A DNA stretch of 64,000 nucleotides from Parcubacteria bacterium C7867-001 (GCA_001189095.1 LFCK01000001.1:84485-148484); one strand, 5' to 3'; shown: positions 24,802 through 34,935, counted from the stretch's first letter. A program made the numbers and translations. The notes: generated from the letters alone by a model not told the origin.

Positions 24802-27210
24802 TTATTTCATGCTGGTGATCATGTCCCGCTCGATATCCGCGAAGGTACCACCAATTTTCTTGCCCGGATTGAAGATACTGAGTGGATCAAAAATGGTTTT
24901 GGTCTCGCGGAAGAGCTCCATCATCTTGGGGCCATATTGCTGTTCGAGATACGGTGTGCGAATGATGCCGTCGTTATGCTCGCCGGTCGTTGTACCGCCA
25001 TATTTGAGGACGAGGTCATACACTTTTGGTGCGAGCTCAAGAATGATTTTTCGTTGCTCGGGCTTCGTTACGTCCATGAGCGGAATGATATGGAAATTGC
25101 CGTTGCCGATGTGTCCAGCGGTCGTTTCAATGAGGTCGTATTTCCCGAGAAGTTCGTAGAGTTCCGGCAGGAATTTTGGATAGGTGTCGATAGGTACAAC
25201 GAAGTCGTCGATGAACGGCGAGGCGTAAAGGCCGGAAAGGTTTTTGCGTAGGAGCGCGAAACTTTCGCGTCGTACAATCCAGTATTTTTCTGCTGCCTGT
25301 TCGTTTTTTGCGATACGGGTCGGGAGCTTCATATCCTCAAGCTCCATCTGCGCGTCTTTTGCGCGACGGAATGCTGCGTCGGCGGAATCGTCCGAAAATT
25401 CCGCCATAAGGACGAGCTTCGGCACACCACCGCGCAGGACGAGCGAGACTTCAGGAAGGAAAGAAAGTCCGAGACGCACCGCTCGAGCAAGGCCCATCTG
25501 GGAAAGCATTTGCGGAAGGAAACGGATCGCGAGATTAAAGGTGTGATCGTCGTAGGACTCAAACGACTCAGGATTGTGCTTTATGACGCGATGCACTATT
25601 TCCGGAAGATGCGCGATATCTGAAAGGAAAACGATGAGCATCGCGCGGTGTTCCTTTGGCTTTACCAACGAGAGGGTCATCGAGGTTGTGAGTGCGAGCG
25701 TACCCTGCGCACCACAAATGAGCTTTGCGAGATTCATCGTGCCATTTTGGAAATCCATAACGTCCCAGAGCGCGTAGCCGGCGGAATTCTTCGAGATGTG
25801 TGGCTCGGCTGTTTGGATAACGCCGCGATTCTCGATGAGAAGCTTCGTCATTCTTCGGTAAATTTCGCCTTCCAGATTATCCTGTTTCTTTTTTTCTAGG
25901 AGTTCGTCGGGGCCAAGCTCTTTGAAGGTGGCTTGTGAGCCATCGGAAAGAACGACATCGACCGCTTCGATGTAGCGGCGGGTTTTTCCATATTCGAGCG
26001 TGCGCTCTCCTCCTGAGTCGTTGTTCACAATGCCGCCCATGCCCGCGATGGAGCGCGAAGCGGGGTAGGAAGGAAGAATAGCGTGATGCTTAAGCGTTTC
26101 CTTTTCGAAGTCGCGGTAGTAGGCCCCCGGCTCGGTTGTTGCTTCCTTTTCGGAGACAGGTCCGATGCGGTTCATATATTTGGTGAATACGGCGACGACG
26201 GAATTCGTGAGAGGACCTCCCGACATGTCGGTGCCTGCTGCGCGAGCGGTGACAGACACTTGTTCTCCGTGCTGCTTTGCTTCGCCGACGACACGAACAA
26301 GGGTGGACACGTCGTCTGCGTCTTTCGGGTACGCCACAAGGGAAGGTGTGCGGGTGAAGAGACTGGTGTCGCGGGAATATTTCTTGCGCTCTACAGCGTC
26401 GACTGAAAGGTCTCCTTTGAAGGATTCACGCAGCGTTTCCATGAGCGAGGTTTCGCTCCCTTCAGATCCGAGAATCTCGTCGATAGCACTCGCTGTTTCA
26501 AGAGGGCCGCTTACCTGTCGTGTTTTTATTCCAGTCTCTTTAACTACCTCGTCATTACCTCCCGCGAAAAGTGCGTCGCCCACGTAGAGCATTTCTGAAA
26601 CGGGCGTGCTAATCATTTGGGAAAACTTCCGAATGCCGTATGCCTTAGAAATGCCTTCTTTGGTGATGTCGATTGAGGTCGCGGCATTCATGCGGATGAA
26701 GTAGTGCGGCAGTCGCTTCACGAGTTCGTCAAAAAGCGGTTGGCGCTTTTTCCGATCAGGATCCCAGGCTTTCTTTTCAGCGGGAGGAGCTTCTTGTCCA
26801 AGTGCGGAGAAGGTGACTTCAGCGCCGCGGTCTTCGATGCGCTCGCCCCATGTTCGCTCGGGCGGGTTGGAAAATCCGGTTTTTGCCATAGCATCGTCGA
26901 GCGCGCGGAGTACTTCGCGACGCTCCGCGTCCGAGAAAGAATTGTCGTAGATGAGCGACCATCCGCCGTTCGTGAATTGGTAGCAATAACCAGCGGATAC
27001 GGGGAACAGAGAGAGATTTTTGAAATTCGCATTCTTCGGGAATGCTGGCAGAAGCTGGCGTTCGAACTGGTGCCATGCGCCGCCGCTCATGACGGCGACT
27101 GGATGCGTTGTGAGGAGTTTTGCGAGCACGGCACCCATCGCTGGCGTTACGGCTGACTTGCTTTCTGAAAGCGTTCCGTCGAGATCAAAGATAATCGCCT
27201 TGGTGCTCAT
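24802..27210 (-). CDS. Fusion of HAD-IIB (eukaryote-type phosphomannomutase-like) and FAD-linked oxidase (GlcD/D-lactate dehydrogenase-like)
   Basis: N-terminal: FDLDGTL, IEDRG, TSIDIT..SKAYG, YVGD..GGND. C-terminal: RAAGTDMSGG, GAQGTL, GHIGNGNFH, GEHNDG, FNPGK. Confidence 0.85.
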   Translation of the reverse strand: MSTKAIIFDLDGTLSESKSAVTPAMGAVLAKLLTTHPVAVMSGGAWHQFERQLLPAFPKNANFKNLSLFPVSAGYCYQFTNGGWSLIYDNSFSDAERREVLRALDDAMAKTGFSNPPERTWGERIEDRGAEVTFSALGQEAPPAEKKAWDPDRKKRQPLFDELVKRLPHYFIRMNAATSIDITKEGISKAYGIRKFSQMISTPVSEMLYVGDALFAGGNDEVVKETGIKTRQVSGPLETASAIDEILGSEGSETSLMETLRESFKGDLSVDAVERKKYSRDTSLFTRTPSLVAYPKDADDVSTLVRVVGEAKQHGEQVSVTARAAGTDMSGGPLTNSVVAVFTKYMNRIGPVSEKEATTEPGAYYRDFEKETLKHHAILPSYPASRSIAGMGGIVNNDSGGERTLEYGKTRRYIEAVDVVLSDGSQATFKELGPDELLEKKKQDNLEGEIYRRMTKLLIENRGVIQTAEPHISKNSAGYALWDVMDFQNGTMNLAKLICGAQGTLALTTSMTLSLVKPKEHRAMLIVFLSDIAHLPEIVHRVIKHNPESFESYDDHTFNLAIRFLPQMLSQMGLARAVRLGLSFLPEVSLVLRGGVPKLVLMAEFSDDSADAAFRRAKDAQMELEDMKLPTRIAKNEQAAEKYWIVRRESFALLRKNLSGLYASPFIDDFVVPIDTYPKFLPELYELLGKYDLIETTAGHIGNGNFHIIPLMDVTKPEQRKIILELAPKVYDLVLKYGGTTTGEHNDGIIRTPYLEQQYGPKMMELFRETKTIFDPLSIFNPGKKIGGTFADIERDMITSMK

Positions 27211-29135
27211 ATGTTTGGAAGAAGTTTCTTCATAAGCGCGCTTTTTGAAACCGTTGCTACTGCAAGCGCAGAATCTCCGCCGCCGTAATACACGAAGAGT
27301 GTATCTTCACGCAGGATGGAACCGCAGGAGAAGACCACGTTTGGGATTTCACCGATACGCTCCCAATCCAGTAGTGGCTCGAGTATAGGAACCGCGCTGC
27401 GTGCGAGTACCGAGACCCCGTCGGCTCCAAGGAGTGCCGCTCCAAGACGGTAGGCGTGATCGTGCCCAACGCCATGGTAGATGAAGAGCCAGCCCTCAGG
27501 AACTTTTATAGGTGGCCCGGCAGCGCCTATCTTTATTCCGTCCCACATTCCCGGACGCGGACCCATGACCTCGATACAACGGTTCGCGACGCGTTCAAAC
27601 TCAGTTGATTCAAACTGGTCGGCGCAGATGGTCGGGTCGAGTCGGTGGAGGAGCATCACTTTTCCATTCACGAGCTCGGGAAAAAGAGCGAGATCTTTGT
27701 CCGCAACGTCTTCCGGCGTCACCAGTTTTGGCGTCGCCCACTCCGTGAATTTCTTTGCGCGGAATGCGTCGACGGAAATAGAGCTTATCGTGCCGCGCGG
27801 CGGATGCACGCCGTCGTACGACGTATAGCAAAGGTAGATGGTGTCGCCGATGCGTGTGAGACGCGGATCTTCGCAGCCTGAATTGCCGTGCGCGTCACCA
27901 AGTTTTTGTTCGAATGGTTCGCGTGGGAGATATACGGGCGCGTCGAGTTTCTCATCGATATGCAGTCCGTCTTTGAGTCGTGCATAGCCAAGCACCGAAG
28001 TGTTTTCGAGACCCATGGCTCGATAGAGAAGATGTATCGAACCATCAAGATCGATTGCGGCAGCGTTCATCACATTCTTTGACTCCCATGAGTGTTCAGG
28101 ATTCGGTTCGAGAATGGGATTGTGCTGCACGCGGGTAAGGAACATCGAGCGCTTGGTTTCGCTCATCGTGTCGTAGAGGTCGGCAAACGAAAGTGCTGCC
28201 GTTGCGCACGAAGTGTCGGCGGCTCCGTAGTAAATCTCAAGGCGGTCGCCATTGAGGAGCGCGCCCGAGGGGAAGACGACGTTCGCAACGAGTCCGTAGC
28301 GTTCGTAAAACTCTTCTGGGACCATGAAGGGATAGGCGGTCTTTGCGAGCACTTTGCGCGGATCAGAAGCGTCGAGGATGAGTGCTTCTACCCCGAAAAT
28401 GCGTGCGTGCTCGTCGTAATAATTCTGTATGTGCGAATAGACGAGCAACCATCCATGCTCGGTCTTGATGGGTGTTGCTGCGACCTCCATGTGTTCGCTA
28501 TCGGCGCGACGAACGTCTGGAAGGGCGTGTTCGCCCAGATTCTGGTGCCACGCTTCCCAGTATGTTGGATTGAAAAAATCAGAAACTTCTTTTGCGCGCG
28601 CAATGCCGATGGTCGGGCGCGGATGCTCGGGGGTAAAGTCAGTATGTGCGGTAAGGAGAAGACAGACTTCACCGTCGACGCGCTCAGGGAAGAGTGTCAT
28701 CGCTTTTGCGTTAAAGGGCGTGATGAGGTGCTTTTCGGTGAGGGCGTCCGGCGTGGTGCCCATCGCGACTGCGCATTTAATGTTGTCTGGGCCAAACGGG
28801 TAGCCGCCAAGTGCGGTATAGAAGACGTACCACTTTCCTTCAAAAAAAGTTGCGCGTGGATCCTCGCAGCCATACGCGTCCCACGATTCAGACGGCGCGA
28901 TGACGCGTGTACGCTCGCTGGTAAGTCCGCCATTTGCAAAGAGTGCGTGGCCGATAGTTGAGAAGCTGCGATCCGGCGTCCGCAGTTTGTCCGGTTCCGC
29001 TCCAGCGCGATAGAAGATATGCGTATCGCCGTTCGTTCGAACGGCCGAAGGATTATATGCAGCGACATTTTCCCAGCCGTGCTCGCGCATCGGCGTAATG
29101 AGGGGGTTCTTGCTTGAGCGTTGTATGGCAAGCAT
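27207..29135 (-). CDS. Tandem two-domain GH130 glycoside phosphorylase/hydrolase
   Basis: Two repeats of NP..YRA..GCEDPR..PIK..GWL..NVVF..YYG. Confidence 0.9.
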   Translation of the reverse strand: MLAIQRSSKNPLITPMREHGWENVAAYNPSAVRTNGDTHIFYRAGAEPDKLRTPDRSFSTIGHALFANGGLTSERTRVIAPSESWDAYGCEDPRATFFEGKWYVFYTALGGYPFGPDNIKCAVAMGTTPDALTEKHLITPFNAKAMTLFPERVDGEVCLLLTAHTDFTPEHPRPTIGIARAKEVSDFFNPTYWEAWHQNLGEHALPDVRRADSEHMEVAATPIKTEHGWLLVYSHIQNYYDEHARIFGVEALILDASDPRKVLAKTAYPFMVPEEFYERYGLVANVVFPSGALLNGDRLEIYYGAADTSCATAALSFADLYDTMSETKRSMFLTRVQHNPILEPNPEHSWESKNVMNAAAIDLDGSIHLLYRAMGLENTSVLGYARLKDGLHIDEKLDAPVYLPREPFEQKLGDAHGNSGCEDPRLTRIGDTIYLCYTSYDGVHPPRGTISSISVDAFRAKKFTEWATPKLVTPEDVADKDLALFPELVNGKVMLLHRLDPTICADQFESTEFERVANRCIEVMGPRPGMWDGIKIGAAGPPIKVPEGWLFIYHGVGHDHAYRLGAALLGADGVSVLARSAVPILEPLLDWERIGEIPNVVFSCGSILREDTLFVYYGGGDSALAVATVSKSALMKKLLPNI

Positions 29136-29137
29136 AG

Positions 29138-30301
29138 CTAGGTGAAAGCGAGTGCGGGAGCGACGGGATGAATCGGCTTCGGTGCCTTGAGACGCTTGAG
29201 AAAACCTCCGAGTTCAATTTTTGCGGAGCAAACCACTGTATCTGCAGCGCCATAGTACACACGCAAAAATCCATCTTGTATCAGCGCACCGCATGCGTAC
29301 ACAATGCCTGATTTCGCGCCTTCGTTTTCGTAGTGCGCGTCGGGCACCAGTGCCGGAACTGAGGAGCGCGCGATGACTTTGCGTGGGTCTGCAAGATCGA
29401 GGAGTGCTGCGCCAAGCTTGTATCGATGTGATTCGTGGTCGGTCGCGTGATAGAGCACGAGCCATCCTTCGGGGGTCCGTATCGGCGGCGGTCCTGCACT
29501 ACGCATGCGCTTGTGCCACGATATCGGGTTGTCGGGCAGTGCGTTTGGATCGGGACTCTCTGTCTTCAGCTGGCTTGGCGTAAACGAGGCGATATCTTCA
29601 ACGTAATCGACGCGAACCGATGAAGGGTCTCCCGTGTGAAGATTGTGGAGTACGGCAAAATTCCCCTGTATCTTTCCGGGAAAGAGCACCCAGTTCTTGT
29701 GCCGCTCTCCCTGAGGCGATAGAAATACGGGTTTCGTCCAGCGCCACCGTTTGTGGGTGAGATCGTCAAGGGAGATGGAGGTAATCGCAACGCGCATCGA
29801 ATCCCAGCCATTGAACAAATTGTAGGTAAGGTACATGCGATCATCGATGACGACCGCGCGCGGGTCTTCAACACCGCTCCAACTTCCTCCTGAGCCGTAG
29901 AGTCCTGGATCGTACTTCGCATTTTTCGGATCGTATGGCTGAACGTTTTGGTGCGCGAACACCGGATAGGGAAGTCGTTCATCAAAATGCACCCCATCCT
30001 TACTCGATGCATACCCAATGCGCGAAACGCCGTCGGCGCCTATCGCTCGATAAAAAAGATGCACCTTACCATCCGCTTCAACGACGCCGGGATTCATAAC
30101 GGCGTTCTGCTCCCAGTCATACGTGGTTGCCTTAAGAATTGGATTAGCCTCTTCGCGGGAGAGCCCAAGCGAGCGGGTAAACGCAATGAGACGCTCGTGG
30201 AATTCTATCCACCGGGCAAGTTTCCAGAACGCGTAAAGCATCAATCCGGTCGTACCGAGCGCGAAGAGGAGTGCGGCGAGAAGCGCAAGAAGCTCCAGCA
30301 T
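29138..30301 (-). CDS. Membrane-anchored GH130 protein
   Basis: N-terminal TM; VMNPG, FYRAIG, VEDPR, KNWVLFP, GPPPIRTPEGWL, YYGAADT. Confidence 0.9.
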   Translation of the reverse strand: MLELLALLAALLFALGTTGLMLYAFWKLARWIEFHERLIAFTRSLGLSREEANPILKATTYDWEQNAVMNPGVVEADGKVHLFYRAIGADGVSRIGYASSKDGVHFDERLPYPVFAHQNVQPYDPKNAKYDPGLYGSGGSWSGVEDPRAVVIDDRMYLTYNLFNGWDSMRVAITSISLDDLTHKRWRWTKPVFLSPQGERHKNWVLFPGKIQGNFAVLHNLHTGDPSSVRVDYVEDIASFTPSQLKTESPDPNALPDNPISWHKRMRSAGPPPIRTPEGWLVLYHATDHESHRYKLGAALLDLADPRKVIARSSVPALVPDAHYENEGAKSGIVYACGALIQDGFLRVYYGAADTVVCSAKIELGGFLKRLKAPKPIHPVAPALAFT

Positions 30302-30304
30302 AGA

Positions 30305-30658
30305 TTAGGTGCGTCCGAAATCGTCTTCCATGCGCTCGATATCGTTTTCGTCGTATTCACCAAAAGAAATTTCAAGAACTGAAATTCCTTCATCGCTACC
30401 GGACAGACGATGTAGTGTTCCTGCAGGAATTTCTATGACATCTCCCTTTGAAACCGCGCGCTCCTCAGTTCCTACGGTCGCCGTGCCGCTTCCCTCTATG
30501 ACGCGCCAGTATTCGGAGCGCTTGCTGTGCTTTTGCAGGGAAAAGCGCTTATTTGGCAGGACGTGAAGTATTTTTACGGTCGTCGCTTCATTGCTCGTGA
30601 AGCGCTCGGGGGTGCCCCAAGGCCTTGATTCGTCGGAATAGTAGGAAAGCAGGGACAT
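30305..30658 (-). CDS. Cupin, type II mannose-6-phosphate isomerase C-terminal domain
   Basis: RPWG, SLQKHSKRSEYW, HRL, ENDIERMEDDFGR. Confidence 0.88.
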   Translation of the reverse strand: MSLLSYYSDESRPWGTPERFTSNEATTVKILHVLPNKRFSLQKHSKRSEYWRVIEGSGTATVGTEERAVSKGDVIEIPAGTLHRLSGSDEGISVLEISFGEYDENDIERMEDDFGRT

Positions 30659-30765
30659 GGCAGTCTCTTTTCCTTAAGTATAGCGTGCGTACGTGCCGCT
30701 TATGTACCTATATATGGTGCATAACGCGTATACAAAAAGGCGCGCCCTAGGGGCGCGCCTTTGCT

Positions 30766-31200
30766 TTACGAATCGACTTGAAACGACTTCGACTCCCAAT
30801 CAAAGAACATGGGAAGCGAGGCCAGGAACAAGCTGGCGTAGAACCATGTGATAGGTCCTGTTAAAGGACGCATGTTCACGTAGCCGGGCTCCAAGAGTCC
30901 GAGCGAGACGAACAGTTCGTGGCCGAATGTGGTCGCGAATCCGACGAGCATGAGCCCGAGGATAAGCACGATCATGTCGACGAAGAAAATAATGAACGCC
31001 GAGAGCGGGCGACCTTTAAAGAGGTGGTGCCCAATCTGGATGAGGCCGCCAACGCCGGCAGCGAACATCAGAACTGCGACGATTTCGTATTCATTGAAAT
31101 CGCCAATCACCGGAACGTAGATGAGCCAGTGGGCGAAGAGTGACGCGAGTACGCCCGCGACGCATATCGCCATCATCAGCTGGCGGAACAATCGGTACAT
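30766..31200 (-). CDS. Hypothetical 4-TM protein (cassette type)
   Basis: AGGAGG SD, TTGACA at 31258-31253 with AT-rich spacer, hairpin about 30735-30762. Confidence 0.7.
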   Translation of the reverse strand: MYRLFRQLMMAICVAGVLASLFAHWLIYVPVIGDFNEYEIVAVLMFAAGVGGLIQIGHHLFKGRPLSAFIIFFVDMIVLILGLMLVGFATTFGHELFVSLGLLEPGYVNMRPLTGPITWFYASLFLASLPMFFDWESKSFQVDS

Positions 31201-31301
31201 AGGGAACCTCCTGTCGTTGTTCTAAAATTATATTTACATATAAAATAAAGAGTGTCAATTTTCGTGCCTCACGACCAGTGCGGTATACTGCTCAATAACG
31301 C

Positions 31302-32255
31302 ATGGCCGAATCTGAAAAGAAAGCGCCCGCACTCCATGTCGCGGGCCTCAAAAAGACGTATCAAAAGAAGGGGTCGCCCGTAACCGAAGCGCTTAAAGGC
31401 GTTGATCTTACGATTGAGAGTGGCGAGTTTTTTGCGCTCCTCGGACCTAATGGTGCTGGTAAGACGTCGCTCATCGGCATCCTCGCCGGTCTTGTTGCAA
31501 AAAGTGCAGGGACGGTCGAGGTGAACGGAATTTCTATAGACACGGATCCTGACACCGCAAAGAGCTTTATCGGACTTGTGCCGCAGGAATTTAATTTCAG
31601 TATCTTCGAAAAGGTAGAGGATATCGTCATGGATCAGGCCGGTTACTACGGCATCTCTCGTGCAGAAGCGCGTCCGGTATGCGACCAGCTCCTCAAGGAT
31701 CTCGGGCTCTGGGAAAAGCGTCAGGCAAAGGCCCAATCGCTTTCGGGTGGCATGAAGCGTCGCCTGCTCATTGCCCGCGCGCTCATTCATAAGCCATCCA
31801 TCCTCCTTCTTGATGAACCGACGGCCGGCGTCGATGTTGAACTGCGTCGCGGCATGTGGGAATTCCTCCAGAAGCTTTCAGGCTCGGGAGTGACCATCAT
31901 TCTTACCACGCACTATCTCGAAGAGGCGGAACAGCTTGCGAAGCGCGTGGCGATCATCACGAAAGGTCAGATCATCGAACAGGGAACGGTGAAGGAACTC
32001 CTCTCGAAGCTCAATTACGTAACCCTTATTCTCGATACGAAGGAGCCGGTGAAGGACGCCGCGCTCCATCTCCTTGAAGATATGGGAGTGAAGCGTATTG
32101 ATGAAATGACGCTCGAATTCAACCTCTCGCCGGGGCAGACGGTCAACGATGCGATCCGTCGCTTTGCGTCGACCGGTATCGACATCATGAATGTCCGTAA
32201 CGCAGGCTCGCGACTCGAAGAGATTTTCATGAACGTTATCGAGAAACACAAATAA
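31302..32255 (+). CDS. ABC-2 transporter ATP-binding protein (YadG-like)
   Basis: GPNGAGKT, LSGGMKRR, LLLDEPT, TTHY. Confidence 0.93.
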   Translation: MAESEKKAPALHVAGLKKTYQKKGSPVTEALKGVDLTIESGEFFALLGPNGAGKTSLIGILAGLVAKSAGTVEVNGISIDTDPDTAKSFIGLVPQEFNFSIFEKVEDIVMDQAGYYGISRAEARPVCDQLLKDLGLWEKRQAKAQSLSGGMKRRLLIARALIHKPSILLLDEPTAGVDVELRRGMWEFLQKLSGSGVTIILTTHYLEEAEQLAKRVAIITKGQIIEQGTVKELLSKLNYVTLILDTKEPVKDAALHLLEDMGVKRIDEMTLEFNLSPGQTVNDAIRRFASTGIDIMNVRNAGSRLEEIFMNVIEKHK

Positions 32256-32259
32256 TCCT

Positions 32260-33030
32260 ATGCACTCTCCCGCACTCATCGGCTACTACACCATGGTTAG
32301 GAAGGACGTCTTCCGGATTTTCCGTATCTGGACGCAAACGCTGCTTCCGCCGGTCATCACGAACGTCCTCTACTTCACGATTTTCGGAACGTTCATCGGC
32401 AGCCAGCTGCAGGAAATCAACGGCCACTCCTACATGCAGTTCATCGTGCCCGGCCTCGTCATGATGACCATCATTACGAGCGCGTACATGAACACCGTTT
32501 CGACCTTCTACTTCGCAAAATTCATCAAGAACATCGAGGAACTGCTCGTTTCTCCGATGCCGAGCTGGGTTATTGTCGCTGGATTCGTGACGGGTGGTGT
32601 CGTGCGTTCGTTCCTTGTGGGAACGCTCGTCATCCTCACCTCACTTTTCTTCACGCACATAGTAGTTGCGAATGTCCTTATCATTTTCGCTGCGGCGTTC
32701 CTCACCTCGTTCCTTTTCTCGCTTGCTGGTCTCGTGAATGGCTTCTTCGCCAACTCGTTCGACGCGATTTCCATCATCCCGACCTTCGTGCTGACCCCGC
32801 TTACCTATCTCGGCGGCGTCTTCTACTCGATTGAGGCACTCCCGCCTTTCTTCAAGACCCTTTCGCTCCTGAATCCGATCCTCTACATGGTGAACGCCTT
32901 CCGCTACGGCTTCCTCGGATTCTCCGACGTGCCCATTGACGTCTGCTTCTATGTGCTCGGCGGCCTTACGGTGCTTTTCTTCGGTATCACGCTCGCGCTC
33001 TTCATCAAGGGAACTGGGTTCAAGAATTAA
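32260..33030 (+). CDS. ABC-2 transporter permease (YadH-like)
   Basis: RIWTQTLLPP, FIVPGL, PLTYLGGVFYS, NPILYMVNAFR. Confidence 0.93.
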   Translation: MHSPALIGYYTMVRKDVFRIFRIWTQTLLPPVITNVLYFTIFGTFIGSQLQEINGHSYMQFIVPGLVMMTIITSAYMNTVSTFYFAKFIKNIEELLVSPMPSWVIVAGFVTGGVVRSFLVGTLVILTSLFFTHIVVANVLIIFAAAFLTSFLFSLAGLVNGFFANSFDAISIIPTFVLTPLTYLGGVFYSIEALPPFFKTLSLLNPILYMVNAFRYGFLGFSDVPIDVCFYVLGGLTVLFFGITLALFIKGTGFKN

Positions 33031-33038
33031 GGGCGCTC

Positions 33039-33197
33039 GGGAATTAAAAACCAAGCGAAGAGTCGCTCTCGACGCTGAAAAGGACGGGGCTCGTTACGAA
33101 AAATCGAAGAACTCGCTATGCTCAAACAGCTTCAATTTTTCTACTCGCCAACCGTCCTTTTCAGCGTCTCCACTCCAAGGCTTGGTTTTTAATTCCC
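33039..33197. mobile_element. MITE/REPIN-like foldback element (159 bp)
   Basis: Perfect 18-bp terminal IRs (33039-56/33180-97), nested perfect 17-bp IR (33071-87/33152-68), and a 12-bp IR with 1 mismatch. Confidence 0.6.
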
Positions 33198-33250
33198 TCG
33201 CTGATTGAGGGATAAGGAAACGGCCGCCCTTTGGGCGGCCGTTGTTGTTT

Positions 33251-33655
33251 TTATGCGGCGACTTTCGCGTCTCTGCTGTTTGCGTACGCCGTGAGCATCT
33301 GTCCGCTCTCGATGAGCATTGCTGCATGTACGCGTGCGCAGGGCCACGTCGACGCGAGCAGCTCCTTGTAGAAATGCTCGAACGATCCGCCCCTTACCGA
33401 CACGGAGAAGGTGCCAGCCCCCGCAGGACCGTATATTTCGACGGTCGCATCCACTCGAGGTGCTTCTTGTTTGAAACGAAACACTCGGACTTGAATGTTG
33501 CGAACAGAAATGATCTGGGTGTTGCCGATCTCCTTGAGATAGGCAAGACATCCTTCGTAGACCTGCCGTGCATGGTCCGGATGGAGCGGTTCGTCCCTTC
33601 CGTGGGGCGCCAGATGTAGGCTGGAATCGATTGATATGTTCGGCCCAAGACTCAT
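33251..33655 (-). CDS. Hypothetical protein (cassette type)
   Basis: AAGGAGG SD, TTGACT-17-TAGAGT (33708-33680), hairpin about 33219-33243. Confidence 0.65.
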   Translation of the reverse strand: MSLGPNISIDSSLHLAPHGRDEPLHPDHARQVYEGCLAYLKEIGNTQIISVRNIQVRVFRFKQEAPRVDATVEIYGPAGAGTFSVSVRGGSFEHFYKELLASTWPCARVHAAMLIESGQMLTAYANSRDAKVAA

Positions 33656-33746
33656 GAGAACCTCCTTGTTCTATGGCGCACTCTAGGCTGCGGCGTCCAC
33701 GGAGTCAAATCGTTTCCGGTGCAGCTTTCGTATATACTGATCCGAT

Positions 33747-34601
33747 ATGTTGAACTGGTTTGACGCGCTTTTCCTCGGAGGTCTTCAAGGTCTCACGGAA
33801 CTCTTCCCGATTTCTTCGCTTGGCCACTCGGTTCTTCTTCCATCGCTGCTCGGTCTTTCGGTCGACCAGCACGATGAGTCCTTCATCATCCTTCTGGTCG
33901 CTACGCATCTTGCGACGGCGATTGTGCTCGTCGGTTTCTTTTGGAAAGAGTACTGGAGCATGTTTCTGGGCTTCATCCGCTCAGTGAAGATGCGTCGCAT
34001 TCCGGAAGGTGACCGCTATGCGAAAATTGCGTGGCTTCTTATCGTCGCAACGGTTCCTGCAGGCTTCCTCGGCCTCCTTTTTCAGCATGACCTGAAAGAA
34101 TTCTTTGCGAGCCCAGTAGCGGTCGCACTTTTCCTTTTTGGTAACGGTATTTTGCTCTACGGCGCCGAACTTTTGCGCAAACGACACACCGATAAGGCTG
34201 AATATGGCGACGCTGATCAAGAAATTGCTCGTCTCTCCTTCCTCAAAGCCCTCGGTATCGGCTTTATGCAGGCTCTCGCGCTCTTTCCCGGCTTCTCGCG
34301 CACAGGAGCTTCGCTTGCCGGCGGCTTGCTTTCGGGTTTGACTCATTCGGCAGCGACCCGCTTCGCCTTTTTCCTCGCAACGCCGATTATTTTTGCGGCC
34401 GCCGCGCTTAAACTGCCGCAGCTTATCACCGAAGACGGGTATCCCGTTGAGGAAATTCTCGCCGCGTCCGTCATCTCTGGCTTCACTGCATATATCGCCG
34501 TTAAATTTCTTACGAAATATTTCAAAACAAATACACTCATTCCGTTTTCTATTTACTGCATTTTCGCCGGCCTTCTTTCGTTTATTGTGCTCTCCCTTTA
34601 G
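33747..34601 (+). CDS. uppP: Undecaprenyl-diphosphate phosphatase (BacA)
   Basis: QGLTELFPISSLGH, ALFPGFSRTG. Confidence 0.95.
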   Translation: MLNWFDALFLGGLQGLTELFPISSLGHSVLLPSLLGLSVDQHDESFIILLVATHLATAIVLVGFFWKEYWSMFLGFIRSVKMRRIPEGDRYAKIAWLLIVATVPAGFLGLLFQHDLKEFFASPVAVALFLFGNGILLYGAELLRKRHTDKAEYGDADQEIARLSFLKALGIGFMQALALFPGFSRTGASLAGGLLSGLTHSAATRFAFFLATPIIFAAAALKLPQLITEDGYPVEEILAASVISGFTAYIAVKFLTKYFKTNTLIPFSIYCIFAGLLSFIVLSL

Positions 34602-34935
34602 CCGAATTTTCGTTTTTCGATCTGGCGTAACGCTTGCCTTTCACCCCTCGGATGTCGTTATTTTTTGGCGTCCGTAGAGCCTGTAGATACGCCCTCTTCT
34701 TGTCCACACCTTAGTTTGAGAAAGGCGGGTTTATCATTACCTTGTTCCCCCAGCTTTAGGCAGACAGGGAGGTGGCGACAGTCGACGATTGCGGATCCTA
34801 CGCGGCATCCGAAAAACCAAGCGACGATTGATTTGAGCGACTCCTTTCTCTGCTCGCTACGCGCGAGAGAGGTTCTTTTAGCGACTCCTTTTTTCGCGCG
34901 CAGCGGCTGACTTATAAGCCGTTATTTTTTTCAGT

